A stretch of DNA of 64,000 nucleotides from NCBI GenBank assembly GCA_009914755.4, contig CP068257.2, positions 22,912,001 through 22,976,000 on the forward strand, read 5' to 3'. Of the stretch, positions 27,431-44,950 are shown one piece after another (position 1 is the stretch's first letter; every line of letters begins with the position of its first letter). Source of the stretch: the human T2T-CHM13v2.0 reference genome, Homo sapiens. The notes below the pieces were generated by a model. The model searched no databases and had not been told where the DNA came from. It saw only the letters and a list, made by a program, of their open reading frames with translations. Position numbers and translations under genes: made by a program.

Positions 27431-29780
27431 TCATTTTATTTAATAACTTTGTTACAGAATTAAAATACTCAGTGGATATTTGGGGATGCCTTTCTAATTG
27501 TCTGTTCCCTTTTCCCTTCTCCCAGATCTCCAGATTCTTTTTGAGGTTCATGTGAGTCTGGAATATTGATAACCATCCATCACACACCAGCTTTGAGTAT
27601 GTAGTTAACTAAGCCAAATCACCATACTTCCTCCTTCTGGCTATATGAACTGTATCCTGACTCAACAAACATTTTAAATTAATCCAAACATAGTGCCTCT
27701 CAGGGTTTTTGTTAGCAATGCTATAAATGACAGTCTTTCTTGCATGGTATAAAGGTGAACGCATATAACCTGAGATCTGCTTGTTATGATTTTTCCATCA
27801 AAAGGAAAGCCACTCTGAAGGTGAAGCCAATTGTAGAGAGTAGCAATCAGAAATTAGGTCTAGTGCAATAGTACTGAATCACGGGACAGAGACTTACTTG
27901 AAGCTAACCTCTATTTGTAACATTATGAGAGCCAAGATACTCTTTATTGGTTTAATTTGCTTGATATTACTTGCAAATTAAAAGATATTTTATGAAACGT
28001 TATACGTGACAGTATAACAAATAATATAGATCTTGAAAATTCAAAGTGTGTTCTATATAAAGTCTAACTATATGTATATATTTATTTAATAAGAAATTAC
28101 ATACATAAAAGTAAACTGTGCATATTTGCTGCATTTAGAAAATATATCTGAAATTCAAGTCTTTCCACATGAAAACTTCTAAAATTATTTGGATTGGCTT
28201 GTGTAATCGAAGTCAAATAGAAAAGCACAGTTAACATAAACTTTCAAAATAAAAACAATGTAGAATCTGTGTAAAATTATCAGGGACCTAAATGTGAGAT
28301 TATATGCTTATTTTTCACTTTGAAGATTTTAAAAGACATCACATTTCATTAACTGTCTGAAAAGGAGTGCACAAAAATTAATTTGGAGTAGATGTTCCTC
28401 CTTGCTATTAGCTAACTGAAGGTTTTGCATCAAGACGCTGAGATGATATCTTTAAACCAGATACTTTTTGATTAACTAATTTCTTAGAGGTTTAATAGAT
28501 AATCCAGTAAAGTAGCTGCTAAGATTCAGTATGCCAAAAGAATCTAATGGGAGATTCTGGTAAAAATTCAAATTTTTGGTTCCATGTCCTTAGAAATTTT
28601 AAAAAAGAATGTCTGTAGTTCTCTCATGAAATTTGTAAAAGCAGCTTAGATATTTTAAATGCAATTTTTCTGGAGGACCATAATCTGAGAGACATGGATC
28701 TAGAAGAGCAAATAGATAACATGCTGATTATTTTAGCAGATCTGTATGCCAGGGTTCATTCCATCAACTTACAATCTAATTTCATTTATTTGCAGATATA
28801 AATATACGTACACGTAAAAAGAAGGATACAGTAAAAAGTCATGGCAAACACTTCAGTCCTTCTCCACAGATACAATCATTATTGATAAATTTCTGTGTAC
28901 ATTTTGGAAACCTGCTATGCATATAAACTCAACACTCACTTTTGTAAGTGATCATGAAACTACATCAGGGTGAAACATTCTTATTCTTAAGATGAAGGCA
29001 GAAATAAACTAGCAGCATGCCTTTGACTCCAGGATACACTCACCAACCTGACATCTGTAACAGTAGCCATTTCCTCTCAATTATAATTAGCAATATTCAT
29101 TGCTTCACTGAACAGAGTTCCCAACTAATCATGACTGACTACATTTAAAATACCAGTTTCTAGAATGGAAACTTAGATTGATATTTGAAATGTCAGCTTC
29201 CATTTGAAGAAATGATAGCTGACAAATACAAGTAATGCATGGAGAGTAGATGATGAAAATTATTTAAATATATACAGTAGAAAAGAGATAATGACTCCTT
29301 TTGCTATATGCACTAGATAGCATTAGGAGGTGAACTAATAGAAAAGTTTTTAATTTTTTTCTTATCTTCTCATGATTAATAGTGGATTCATTCTAAAGAA
29401 GCTAAGGAAGCACTTGTCAGAAAGTTGGTAGAACCAGCTCTTAAAATCGACTTTGAACCTTGCCAGTCATGTCATCGTGACCAAGCCACTTAAATGGGTA
29501 GTTCTATAGCATCCTTACCTACAAAATAAAACTAATCATCACTGACACAATTTCTAGCTAAAAACTTGTTTTGATCCTGAAATAGGCCTGTGTTTGTCTC
29601 TTCGCATATTGTGTTTCTGTGTCTCTCTCACAAACTTTGAGTTGGCACCTAGCCCCTCTTCTCATTTCACCTTTTCTTGATTTCTCTCTCAGAAAAGGTC
29701 TTGGCATTTTACTGGGGCATTGAACTGTGGGTGAATATGTGCTCAGAAAGAGAGGAATTTATAGATCAAAGCTGGATAAT

Positions 29781-30053
29781 TTTTTTTTTTTTTTTTTTGA
29801 GACAGAGTCTGGCACTGTCGCCCAGGCTGGAGTGCAGTGGCGCAATCTCGGCTCACTGAAAGCTCCGCCTCCCAGGTTCACGCCATTCTCCTGCCTCAGC
29901 CTCCCGAGTAGTTGGGACTACAGGTGCCCACCACCACACCAGGCTATTTTTTTGTATTTTTAGTAAAGACGGGGTTTCACCGTGTTACCCAGGGTGGTCT
30001 TGATCTCCTGACCTCGTGATCCGCCCGCCTCGGCCTCCCAAAGTGCTGGGATT
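29781..30053 (-). mobile_element. AluY-like SINE (minus), truncated at the Alu 5' end, TSD-like 'ggataatttt' flanks
   Basis: T18 then 'gagacagagtctggcactgtcgcccaggctggagtgcagtggcgcaatctcggctcactgaaagctccgcctccc…cgcccgcctcggcctcccaaagtgctgggatta'. Confidence 0.9.
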
Positions 30054-30194
30054 AGGATAATTTTTAAAAATAGCTTTATTAAGATGTAATTCACACAGTA
30101 TACAATAAGCCCATTTAGAGTACAAAAGTTAGTGTTCTTGAAAATATATTCACAGAGTTTTGTAATCATTGTCACGATCTATTTTAGAACTGTC

Positions 30195-30340
30195 TTAAAC
30201 ACATGAGGCTGCTATAACAAAATACCATCAGCAAAGTGACTTATAAAAAACAGAAATTTACTTCTCACAGTTCTGCACCATTCAATATTCATACCAGGAG
30301 TGATGGAGATTTCCAATATCTCCACATCTGTGTTAGGCCA
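30195..30340 (-). mobile_element. MLT1-type MaLR LTR fragment (reverse orientation)
   Basis: 'gaggctgctataacaaaataccatcagcaaagtgacttataaaaaacagaaatttacttctcacagttctgcaccattcaatattc'. This is the reverse complement of the MLT1 3' end as I recall the consensus. Confidence 0.5.
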
Positions 30341-30569
30341 TTCTTGCATTGCTATAAAGAAATACCCGAGGCTGGGTAATTTATGAAGAAAAGAGGTTTA
30401 ATTAGCTCACAATTCTGCAGGACAGGAAGCATACTGCTAGCATCTGCTTGGCTTCTGAGGAGGCCTCAGGGAGCTTTTACTCATAGCAGAAGGTGAAACA
30501 GGAGCAGAAACGTCATGTGGCAAAAGCAGGATCAAGAGAGAGCAACATGGGGGGTGGAAACTAACATAC

Positions 30570-30864
<295 letters not shown>

Positions 30865-30894
30865 ACTACCACACACTTTTAAACCAACAGATCT

Positions 30895-31206
30895 GTTTTT
30901 TGTTGTTTTTGTTTTTTGTTTGTTTGTTTTTGAGATGGAGTCTTACTCTATCACTCAGGCTGGAGTGTAGTGGCAACCTCCCCCACCCTCCCCACCCCCA
31001 CGTTCAAGTGATTCTCTTGCCTCAGCTTCCTGAGTAGCTTGGATTACAGGCACCCACCACCACGCCTGGCCAATTTTTGTGTTTTCAGTGGAGACAGCAT
31101 TTCACCATGTTGGCCGGGCTGGTCTCGAACTCCTGACCTCAAATGATCTGCCTGCCTCGGCCTCCCAGAGTGCTGGGATTACAGGCGTGAGCCACAGTGC
31201 CAGACC
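30895..31206 (-). mobile_element. Alu SINE (minus) inserted into the same MST LTR; TSD 'aacagatct'
   Basis: (GTTT)-rich tail then 'gagatggagtcttactctatcactcaggctggagtgtagtggcaacctcccccaccctccccacccccacgttcaagtgattctcttgcc…gggattacaggcgtgagccacagtgccagacc'. Flanks 'aaaccaacagatctg' and 'aaagcaacagatcttg'. Confidence 0.92.
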
Positions 31207-31580
31207 AAAGCAACAGATCTTGTATGAATTCAGTGTGAGTGCTCACTTATCACCAAGGCGATGGCCCAAGCCATTCATGAGCAATCTGTCCCCATGATCC
31301 AAACATCTCCCACCAGACCTCACCTCCAAGATTGGGGATTACATTTCAACATGAGATCTATGCAGGGACATACATTCAAACTATATCAACATATTCACCA
31401 ATACTTTTAATTACCTTGTGGCTCTTTAAAAAAAAAAAGAATCATAGCCTCCCTAGTGGGTATGAGATGAAATCTCATTGTGGTTTTAATTTACATTTCC
31501 TCATGTCTCTGGTATTGAGCATCTTTTAATGTTTTGGCCATAAATGCTTTTATATCTTTTGTGGACAAACGTGTTTTTAG

Positions 31581-32000
<420 letters not shown>

Positions 32001-33624
32001 TGATGGTATCCAACCTATCTATTTTATTTTTTGTTACTGTTGCTTTAGATGTCCTATCTTCAAATCTCTAACCTAAAAATCCATAAATATTTCATCCTAT
32101 ATTTTCTGTTAATAATTTTATAAATTAAGCACATAGATTAATAATTTTTACTCCTTTTGAACAAAATTTTATGTATGCTATGTGGAATGTGCCCAACTTT
32201 GTTCTTTTACGTATGGTTGTCCAAAAGACTATTATTTCCCTTATTTATTTGTCTTAGAACCCTTGTCTAAAATCAGTTGACTGAAAATGTGACATTTTAT
32301 TTCAGAAATCTCAGTTCTGCTCCATTCATCTCTAGGTTTACCTTCTGTCAGTGAAATACTGTCTCACTTAAAGTAGCTTTGTCTCAAGTTTCAAAATCAG
32401 GAATTGTGAGTTCTCTAATATTGTTTTTCAAAATAGCTTTGGCTATTCTGAGTAGGTTGAATTTCCATACAAATTTTAGGATCAATTTTAATTTCTGCAT
32501 TTAAGACGACTGGAATTTTAATAGATATTTTTCAATTTAGAGATTATTTCTATTTTAACTGAGTCTTCTGATCTATGAACATGGAATATTTTTCAAATTA
32601 CTTAACTCATCTTTAATATTTTTTCTACCACATATCTTAGTTTTCATAATATAAGTTTAATACTTTTTTGTTAAATTTATTCCTGTTTAATGTTTTCTCA
32701 CTATTAAAATTAAATTGTTTTAATTGCATTTTTATTGGTATTGTGTAAAAGCACAATTGGGTTTTGCATGTTGATTTGGTATCCTGCAACCTTGTTAAAT
32801 TTATTTATTGGTTGTATCTAGTACATTCTTAAATTAACTACTTAGAATTTTCTATATATACAAGAAGAAATTCAACTTTGTTATGGTATAAAATCCTTTT
32901 CATTCATTACTAGATTGCTAGTATTTTTTTGAGTATATTTTGTTTGCTTATATTTATAAATAATATTGGTCTGTAGTTCTTTTTTCTTGTGATATCTTTG
33001 GTTCTGACATTAAAAGCTTCTGCAAAATTGTTCTGTTTGTAATTGACAGTCCACTGTTAAAGTGTCCAACTATTATTGTTGAGTTGTCTATACTTCCTTT
33101 CAATTTGTTGGGTATTTTATGCATTCAGGGGCTCTCTGAGGTGCATATGTGTTTAAAATTGCTATATCTTCAATTGTAGTGATTTTTATGTCTTTATAAA
33201 ATGTTCTTCTTTATCTCTAGTGTCATGCTTTGCTCTAAAGTCTATTTTATATGAAATTTGTAAAGTGATTCCAAATGTTTTAAGGTTGCTGTTTGCATGA
33301 TATATCACTTTCCATCCTGCTACTTTCAATTTATTTCTTTATTTGAATATAAATTTTGCATCATATGGACAGAATATAGTTGGAGCTTTTTAACTCTCTA
33401 GTCTGACAATTTCTGCATTTTGATGAGATTGTTTAATTCATTTTCATCTAATGTTATTATAGATATAGTTGGATTTGCCTTTGCATTTTAGTCTTTCTAT
33501 ATTTTCCATATCTTTTTTTGTCTGTCTATTCCCCCTTTAATGCTTTCTTTTTCCATTAAGTGAATAGCTGCCAATGTTACATGTTAATTATTTCAACAAT
33601 TTTTTCACTATATTCTTGCGTTAA

Positions 33625-33948
<324 letters not shown>

Positions 33949-36900
33949 CTACAATAGACTTCTTAACTTACGAGAAACTACTTCAGTTTTACACTAACTT
34001 TATTCTTGTGAGACATAGAAAAGGTGTTCCTCTATAACCCTATCCTCTCTATTGTCTTTTTGTGCTTTTCCTTTTACACATATTGCATCTATATATGTTA
34101 TAAGCCCAAAATACATTACTGTAATTATTACTTTATAATTTTGTATCTGCTAAAGAAGTTAAGAAATAAGAGAACAAGAATATATGCATAGTGTTTGTTA
34201 TCTTAATCTTATTTATTTTCTTTCTCCCCATTTGTTTCTGTGGATTTAAGTAGTCATGTGAAGTCATTTTCTTAACTCAAATGTAACTTTGCTCCCACCT
34301 GTCTTAGTTGTGCTGTTATTGCCAAATATATTACCTTTTTGTATGTTATGGGCCCAGCAATACAGTTGTGTACATATTGTTTTATACCATTGATTTTTAA
34401 ATCAGTTGAGAATAAGAAAGTGTAATAAATATGTATCTGTATAGCGTTTTGTAGTTATATAGTTGCTATGACTATTACTTGATTATCTGGTATGAATTGG
34501 AATTACCATATATGGTCACTTGTTAGCCTGAAGAACTTCTTTTACTATTTATTTTAGGGTATATCTGCTAGCAACAAATTCTCTCAGACCAACAAAGATC
34601 CCGTGACTCTGGCCTGCTGTTCCCATATTGGGGCATGTGAACTCATATTTGATGAATAACAGAGTGGGACACGTTTAACATCTCTCACTTATCAAATGAG
34701 AGTGGTATATTCAAGAACATGGAAAGCATAGGTCCAGTGACATTTGAGCTTTTCATGAAAAATTAAAATATTTTTTTTCAGTTTTTTGGAGAGACTGTGC
34801 TCCTCTGTACAGTCTTCAGCAGTATCAAGTTGGAAGCTAAGTGGGGAATGCCTACTTTACTCAATGGGTAGAATTCAAGGCCACTGTCAACGCCTGGTCA
34901 ATAATCCTCTTGATGAATCTTGTGTTGTTTTTAGTGATGGTGTTGGGGCTTCCACTTGGAAAACCACAGATGGGCAGCTGGTGAAGGTGCACTGCTCAAT
35001 TCCTCCCACTGCTTCTGGGATCCATCACCGTTCCAAACATGTCAGCATATCTACCCTCACAGACCAGACGCAAAGCACAGGACTGTTTCTGATGCAGAGT
35101 CTACTACTGCTTACCAGCTTTGTAAATCTAAAAGATGAACTGTTTGTTTCCTGGAAGAATGCAGTTTGAATAGAGTGGAGGATGTATGAAACATTTGTGA
35201 AGGGTAATTTTTTGCCTTCCCTCTATGATGAAACTGGGAACATTAACATTTCAGATTCCAATTGTAAGTATAGTGGGAGGGCAAAAACTTCAGGATACTA
35301 ATAATTTTTACCTGGCATATTGTGTGTGAACAGAGAGAATGAAATAGAAGAGAATATTGGGGAAATGTAATCATATGTCATTCATCATAAAGCCTGCTAA
35401 TAGTAGAATATTAGAATTACAATTAAGTAGCTTTCTTCTTCTCCTCCAGCCCTCTTCTGTCCCTTGCTTTGGGATTCTAAAGCAAGAGTATATTTAGGAT
35501 AGGAACTTCCTCTGACCTCTGTGCTGGATGAGTTGGTGGTTTTATATATACAGATTTACCCTGACCCCTTCCCCCCAAAAAATGATATCAATCATATTAA
35601 TTTTGTTTTCTTAAAATCGTGTTATGACTTTTCATAAGCACAGTTGTTTTATGCTGTTAAATATATAAGATCAGTCCTTAAAACAGATCAAGATGTAACA
35701 TAATATAGTTCTTTCATAACAGATCCTTACTAATTTTCTCAAGTATTCTCTGTTGTCCCTGCCATAAAAATTTTGGCCTAAAAAAAACGAACAGGTGGTG
35801 TGACAGTAAGAAGCCATGTGGATGTTAATATGACATTGCTTTCTGCAGAAAAAGAGAAAATGCTTTCAAAATTTCAGGCTGCCAATCGATTTAGCTGGCA
35901 CCTGCCGACTAAACTGTCACAGTATTTTAAGAGCAGGCATGTTGCCATCATAACAGATGGTTATGTGTATTGATAGCCAAGTGATCATGTATGTACATTG
36001 GTTATGAGTGTTGAAGGCAAGCTGCTCAGTTAAGAAGGTCAAATGGCAGTCAGTCCAGAGCTTCCACAATTAATATTAACAGGGATAGCTGTCAACTTAT
36101 CATATCTTATTAGCTATTGCCTTATTTACCTCTTGAATAATTATAGAGCTACACCAATGAGATCTTTATATTGTAATGAACTGATTACCATCCAATGGCA
36201 TAGCAGATGCCCTGAATCCAGTACAGAAATAATTTCAATAGCAGAAAAATTAAAAGTGCATATATAAAGTGAATGGATATTTTGGTCATATATTTAGGGT
36301 TTTCTTTTTTATAAAAAGGGATTTGATGTGAAACATTTCTCTCCAAACTTTCTTTCAAATTTTAAACAAGGCTGTCTAGCAACCTCTTACATAAATAAGA
36401 ATTGCTTATTCATTTTGCGAAGTCACTGCATGGTTAAGAATCTAATTCAAGGCAGGCAATGCTTGATTCTTCCCAGTTATTTTTTCCATTCACATAAGCT
36501 AACTTCAAACTACACCGACTTATCCTGACCTCTTTCAATCTATCAACCTTAAATATGACACTAGTCTATAATTGTGTATTTATTTTGTTTCAAAAAAATT
36601 TGCTAAGAATCAGGGAAAAAACAAAACAAAACAAAATACCTATTTTTCTCCTGCTCTTTAGTAGCTTGCAACCAAAGAAACTAACGTTTTTAGTGAAGAA
36701 GAAAAAAATGAATGTACAACAATGTGGTGTTGAGCTCATAAAATGAAACCCCAAAGTATGGTGCTTTGGCACACTTAGTGCTTTAAGCTAAAGGAGACTG
36801 GAAGGGCCTCAGATGCAAGAAGTTCTCTCTGCTCTTTTCTCATCCTCCTTTGTTCTTCCCCCATTGCTTCCTTAAGCCGATTATAGAAACTAGAATTCCT

Positions 36901-37196
36901 CTTCCCCAAAGCAAGTCATAAAGGCGAGAGAGGACACTTTCTGACCTGCCTTCCCTGAAAATGGGCCATAAGACCCTCATTCTAGTAGTGGCCTGCTCCA
37001 TGCCTGGGGGGAAGAAATGCTACACAAAGAGGCCAAGAATTCCAACAAACGGGCCTTGGTAAGTCTTCCGTAGTCTGTTTCCACTAGCATAGACTTTTTG
37101 TTCAATCACAGTTCTACATGGCTTTCTATTCTTCATCAAACCTACGCATAAACATACAATGTCTGAAGGTTCCCATGTCACATAAAACTTTTATTA

Positions 37197-37547
<351 letters not shown>

Positions 37548-37810
37548 GTTCTCTTGTTAATGTCTTCTGTTATAAAGATGTTGGCTCTGGACTTTAAATG
37601 GGTGAGGAAAAGGTATTACACCTTTTCACCCTTATGTTGTTTTAGTGATAAACTTAATACAAACTCAGAAAACAAGGGGAGTATGTGGACTCTCTAGAAA
37701 AGGTAGAATTTGGAAATGAAAATGTAAGAACTTTTTATCAGATGAAGGGAAAGGGAATATTTTCCAGTGAGGGAAAACAGCATAAAGGTCCAATGAGCTA
37801 AGTGTAATAG

Positions 37811-38104
<294 letters not shown>

Positions 38105-38980
38105 TAATCAGCTTGCTAAAGACTGGCATTTGATAGATTGCCTAATAAATCTTAGAAACAATATCTACATATGCATGGAAGGGGCTATATAAGGATATAC
38201 ATATGAAAGAAGATACTAGTCTGCTTCATCAGATAAAATATGATAATAATATTGGTTAAATAAGTTTGAATACATTATGATAATGGTAATTACATAATAA
38301 TTAACATTTATTTGGAATAATCAGTATGCTAATTGCTTCATATGCATCATTACACTTAATACCTGTAGCAAACCTACAAGATACTTAGTATTCTATTCAC
38401 AGTTTAATAACAGCATGGCACAGCTTAGAGAAGTTAAACTACTGGTACAGAGCCTTACTTAAATGAAAGAATGGACTGTGGATTCAATTTCAAGATTGCT
38501 TAATTTCAATGTTCATGTTCTTAACTACTACATGAGGCTGGAGAAATAAGGACAAAATTCAAAACTAAGTAAAACAGTTTTAAACTAACAATCGTGGAAG
38601 GATAGAAACTAAAGGATTGAAATACCAGAATTTTAATCATAGATCTGCCACTTTCTAACTTTGAATTTTTTCCTAGCATTGATTTTGACTTTTCTAAAAT
38701 AAGGGTTGTTTATTTCAGGGTCTGTTTCTTCCCTGTAAAATTCTACAATTCTTGAAGGACATCTGATGTTGACTTTCTGAGAGTGGTATATTAGGAATTT
38801 ATGTATCAGAGTTTTAGTTTATGTTATAGATTGAATTAGAGGTTACCCACTACGTCACATTACATGATGATTTCTTTAACCACCAGATTTTAAAAACTAG
38901 TTTTTAGAATGTGAAGAGGCTCGCATATATATGTGTGCTGATGTGAGCACAGAAGACAGGAGCTCGAAGTTGCAGAATAA

Positions 38981-39433
<453 letters not shown>

Positions 39434-40070
39434 TAGAATTCCTAATCAAATTATTGTTATTAAAAATAATGTGGCCATTACCGATGCTTATGTAATGTCA
39501 TTGCAATTTTGGCTGCTCTATGTAAAGTCAGCATTATATTAAGAATTGGAGAAACTAACAAGAGATTAGAATGGCGAAAGGCAGGCTAGGAGAAGGCTTT
39601 TCAAAATTTAAGGTGCATAGGGATCATGTGGGAACCTTGCTAAAGTCTATACTCTGATTCAGGAGAACTTGGATGGGCCCTAAGATTCTGTATGTTTAAG
39701 GAGTTCCTAGGTGATCCTCATGTTGCCGCTGTTGAGCCACACTTGAGGCAGCAAACTGCTGGGAGTCTACTACAGCCATCCAACACTGAGATGCGAAGGG
39801 CTTGAACAGGGTGATAGGATTAGAGTGGAGAGTTGTGGGTAAGACTGAAAGGAAGAGGAATGATGATGTTTAAAAAAAAATAAAAAAGTTAACCTATGGT
39901 GTCAGAAATATTTGTTTATAAGAACCCATGCAGTAAAATTATAACTCTAGATTTTAAAGCACATTTATGTATTTGCTGTTATTGAGAATGACATCCACTG
40001 AGTACAACTGAAAGAGTACATAGGAGATGGGTTTTACCCATGGTTTCAATGAATTCGAAATATCCTAAGA

Positions 40071-40462
40071 TGATGTGGCTTGGCTGTGTGTCTCCTCCCA
40101 AATCTCATGTTGAATTATGATCTTCCGTGTTGGAGGAGGAGCCCGGTAGGAGGTGATTGGATCATGGGGTTGGATTTCCCCTTTGCTGTTCTCATTATAG
40201 TGAGTGAGTTATCACAAGATCTGGTTGATTTAAAAGTGTGTAGCACTTCCCCCTTTGCTCTCGTTCGCTCTCCTACCACCATGTGAAGATGTGCTTGCTT
40301 TCCCTTTGACCTTCTGCCATGATTGTATGTTTCCTAAGACCTCCCAGCCATGCTTCTTATTTCTTAAACAGCCTGTGAAACTGAGCCATTTAAACCTCTT
40401 TTCTTTAAAATTACCCAGTCTCAGATAGTTCTTTATAGCAGTGTGAAAACAAATTAATACAT
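40071..40462 (+). mobile_element. MaLR solo LTR, MST/MLT1-like
   Basis: 'tgatgtggcttggctgtgtgtctcctcccaaatctcatgttgaattatgatc…ccttctgccatgattgtatgtttcctaagacc…aattacccagtctcagatagttctttatagcagtgtgaaaacaaattaataca'. Confidence 0.75.
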
Positions 40463-41759
40463 AAGGTATCTTATTAAAAAAAAAATGTGAGTATGCCAAT
40501 GATCTTTAAATTCCTTGAACATGAAACAGGATTTTTTTGTGTGTGTCAACCAGGCCCTATTTTTCTAGGGAACCTCGGCACCGTCAGTTTTTTTAGCTTT
40601 TCACTTGGAATGATGTGTTTGCTCTCTATTTAGACTCACAGGCAATTTTGTTAGTTTCTGCGAGATTCCTGCCCACACTAACTCAACATTTGAATCTGCA
40701 CAGCTAGTCCTGCTATTTCTTCCTAAATACTAGATCTACAATCTTGGTAACATTAACCAGGTGAAGGGGTTATATGTATTCTTAGGGATCGATGAGCTAG
40801 ATTTCTACAATAATTTAACAATTTACAGGAAATAAACCATTGAATCAATGATACTGGGTGTGTCTTGTGCATAAAATAACCACATCAAAATAACAAAATG
40901 GAACATATAACAGTTAATTCATCATCAAAAACTGATATTGTATAATTTGGTGAACAGTCACACATTTGGGAAGACTTAAGAAACTCAGAATGATGGGCAT
41001 GTTTGGACTTTGCATATTAAACACAAATTTTAAATAACTTTTGCCAAAATAAAACTTTCTTTCTCTTCTTCAAGCAGATAATACTAATGTTTCCTAACAT
41101 ATGAAGTTGTTGGTGTTTACTTGACATTAATTGTTGCATTACTTTCTTGTCTATCTCCTTTCCTTCTTCTTAGAGCACTTAGGTTAGGAAATGTGTAATG
41201 TTAAATTCTTTCTTCATCCCTTTGAAATGTAAATCTTTTGAAAACCTCTCACCAGTTTTACAACCCAGGACTGTCTTTCTCAAGGACCTGGGAGCTATTC
41301 CTTTGAAAGTCATCATCAGGGAAAATAGTATCCCATCTTCCTGGCTCTGTGGGAGGGTAGGAGCCTATAGTCAGCCTAACTTGGAGCTTAACCACCTCCT
41401 TTCAAGAAGTTAGGAGAAAGTTTACTTTTCTTGTTTTTAATTAATTCATTAATTTTAAATTAAAAAATAAAAATTACATGTATGTATCATGTACAACTTG
41501 AAGTTTTAAATATGTATACACTGTGGAATGACTAAGTTGAGCTACATTATGTTAGCATATATATTAACATATGCATTATCTCACAAACATCATTTTTGTG
41601 GTGAGAAAATGCATCACAATTGCACTTGTAATCTACTTTCATCAATTTTCAAAAATATGATACACTGTAATTATATAATAACTCTATATAAATATTTATA
41701 ACTTTAGTCACCGTGTTGTAGAGTGAAGCTCTTGAAATTATTCTTCTTGTCTAACTGAA

Positions 41760-42020
41760 ATTTTGTATCCTATAACCAATATCTCCTCACCCCAGCACCG
41801 AACCCCCAGTCCCTGGTAACCACATTATATTCTCTACTTTTATGAGGTCAACTTTTTAGATTCTACTTATGAGAGAGATGGTGAGGCATTTGTCTATTTG
41901 TGTCTGACTTTTTTAAATATACTTAGCATAATGTCCTCCAGGTTCATCCATGTTGTCACAAATAATTAGATCTCCTTCTTTTTTAAGGTTGAATAGTATT
42001 ATTCCCTATGTACTTTTCCT
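41760..42020 (-). mobile_element. 3'-terminal fragment of an old L1 (L1MA/L1PB-type) in antisense orientation
   Basis: 'ttttgtatcctataaccaatatctcctcaccccagcaccgaacccccagtccctggtaaccacattatattctctacttttatgag…cttagcataatgtcctccaggttcatccatgttgtcacaaataattagatctccttcttttttaaggttgaatagtatt'. Confidence 0.7.
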
Positions 42021-42545
42021 TTGGGTAAAACCAATTAGCAAACATAGAGAAAACACATTTGCAAACTCAGGAATAACTTAATGTGCTGGATACATCCCAT
42101 TGATCAACCTCCCATCAAAAGTCCTCCGATACTTTTCCACTAGCTCCGCTGAGCATTTACAAATGCTCCTGCCTTTTGCATTTCAGAACTGAGTATCCAG
42201 GCCTGCTCTGTGCTCTCTTCCCTATTGCTGGCAATGGTCTGGGAATAATATAAATTTGTTTGCTCATCTTGTTCTATTTTTTTAACATACCAGATAATGT
42301 GACATAAAAGAAATATATTCACATAAGATTTCTCTGATAACAAAATCTAAAGAATATAAGAGATTATTTATATTAATTCTACATCCTGATATTGTGAATA
42401 TTCTACCAATGAGACATATTTTTTCTTGTAAGTGATCTCTATCTGAGATATTTCTGTATTTCTTAGTTATGGATATTGTCTATTTTTGCATTTTACTAAT
42501 ATAGAGAGCTTAAACTAATACACATAAAAAGGTATGAAAGTTTAA

Positions 42546-43077
<532 letters not shown>

Positions 43078-44401
43078 TGAAGGCATCTGAGGTTTTGATA
43101 GAGATTAAATTGAATCAGTAATCAAGTAGAGGAATGTTATCAATTTAACTATTTTAAATCTCCATTCCATGAATATGGGATTTTTTTCCATTTATTTAGG
43201 TCACCTTTAGCTTATTTAAAATTTTGTTTTTAGTTTTCAGTGTGTAAGGTTTGCAATTTTGTTAGATATGTCCTAACATACAGCAGATTCCCTTGAATAA
43301 TTTTTTTCTTCATTTTCTTTATGTCTTTAGGACAGTTTTCATAGACTTTGAAAGTTTTCAATTTTTAATAATTTTTACCAGTTGTTATATCATTGAAAAG
43401 GGTCTGGGAACAGAATGCCATGACTTTTTGTTTTATTTACCAAAGTTTCATCCTATAATGGCCAATTTCAAAGGTCAGCAAATGCATTAAAGGTAAATTT
43501 CATGCACAGTTTGGTTCTTACACCACTTGTGATTTCTCTACCCTCTGAAATTGCATTATTTTTGTCAACTACATTTCAAACCTGTTTCTTCAGTACAGAA
43601 AGACACTCATATTTTCTGTTTCATGTCTGTGCACTTTTCTGCAAATTGAAAATTCCAGAAAGTTCACTTTAAAGATATGGCTATTTATGTTCAGCCTTTC
43701 TTGATTGTTTTCCATGTAGCTCTCCTTTTCTTCTTCCTGCTCCCCTTCCTTATCTTCTTTAATTTCAATACATTCCCAAAATTACACAATACTTTCAAGG
43801 GTGGTATAAATAACTTATCTTTTTGAACCATTTGAGTGTACCTGTCCAACATCATGTCTGATCACTCCCAGGAACAAACAAGGACATTCTCCTATATAAC
43901 CACAATATCACTGCCTCTTTCCATCACAGTTTTAGATTTCAGGTGACCTTGAGCCTTCAAAGGCCTTTGGGTAAGATATGTATTAAGCTGTTTATCCTTA
44001 GTGGGTAATATTCTCAAACACTTCATATATGACTAAGCAAGGTAATAAAACAATGAAAGTAAACATTTAGGGGCAAGTATCATAGAGAATAGTGAAAAAG
44101 TTAACTCCTTGAAGAGATAATCAGTACAAACAAAGAACATTCAAATGAGAACATTAATTATGTTGGTCTTTCCCTGTCCCATCATTGCACATTGGATGTG
44201 AGTAGGCCAAAAACATTGGTTTTGTATGATCTAGCCTTACTTATCAACCTTTTATGGATACTACTACATACAACCCAGACTCTCTGGATTTTAATTTCAA
44301 GACCAAGCATAATTTCAATTTTGTGTTATCTCTCATGGAACAGGGTTAATGTAGTCTACATGGAGAAAGAAAGAAGAAAAGTTTTCCCTCCATCCCCTCA
44401 C

Positions 44402-44950
44402 AGGTGTGATGATTAATATTGAATGTCAACTTGATTGGATTGAAGGACACAAAGTGTTGTTTGTTGGTGTGCCTGTGAGGGTGCTGCCAAAGGAGATTAA
44501 CATTTGAGTCAGTGGACTAGGAGAGGCAGACCCACCTTCAATCTGTGAGGGCACCTTCTAACCAGCTGCCAGGGTGGATAGGATAAAAGCAGGCACAGAA
44601 TGTGGAAGGACTAGACTGGCTGAGTCTTCTGGCCTCCATCTTTTTCCTGTGCTGGATGCTTCCTGACCTCGAACATCAGACTCCAAGTTATTCAGCTTTT
44701 GGACTCTTGGGCTTACACCAGTGGGTTGCCAGGGACTCTCGGACCATTGGCCACAGACTGAAGGCTGCACTGTCAGCTTCCCTACTTTTGAGATTTTGGG
44801 ACTTGGACTGACTTCCTTGCTCCTCAGCTTGCACATGGCCTATTGTGGGACTTCACCTTCTTATCATGTGAGTCAATACTCCTTAATATATTCCCTTTCT
44901 ATCTGTCTATCTCTCCCATTTATCCTATTAGTTCTGTCCCTCTAGGGAAC
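44402..44950 (+). mobile_element. LTR-retrotransposon solo LTR ending '…cctgactaataaataca' (MaLR/ERVL-like; subfamily uncertain)
   Basis: '…tgtgagggtgctgccaaaggagattaacatttgagtcagtggactaggagaggcagacccacc…ggcctccatctttttcctgtgctggatgcttcctgacctcgaacatcagactccaag…ctattagttctgtccctctagggaaccctgactaat'. I recognise it as a recurrent human LTR consensus but cannot name the family with certainty. Confidence 0.5.

Noticed and set aside
34786-35169. 127-aa ORF in non-repeat sequence
   Set aside because: No recognisable domain, no splice-site or promoter context, and low-complexity composition typical of chance ORFs. A 60-aa ORF overlaps it in another frame. I keep it as unknown and do not annotate it as a CDS.
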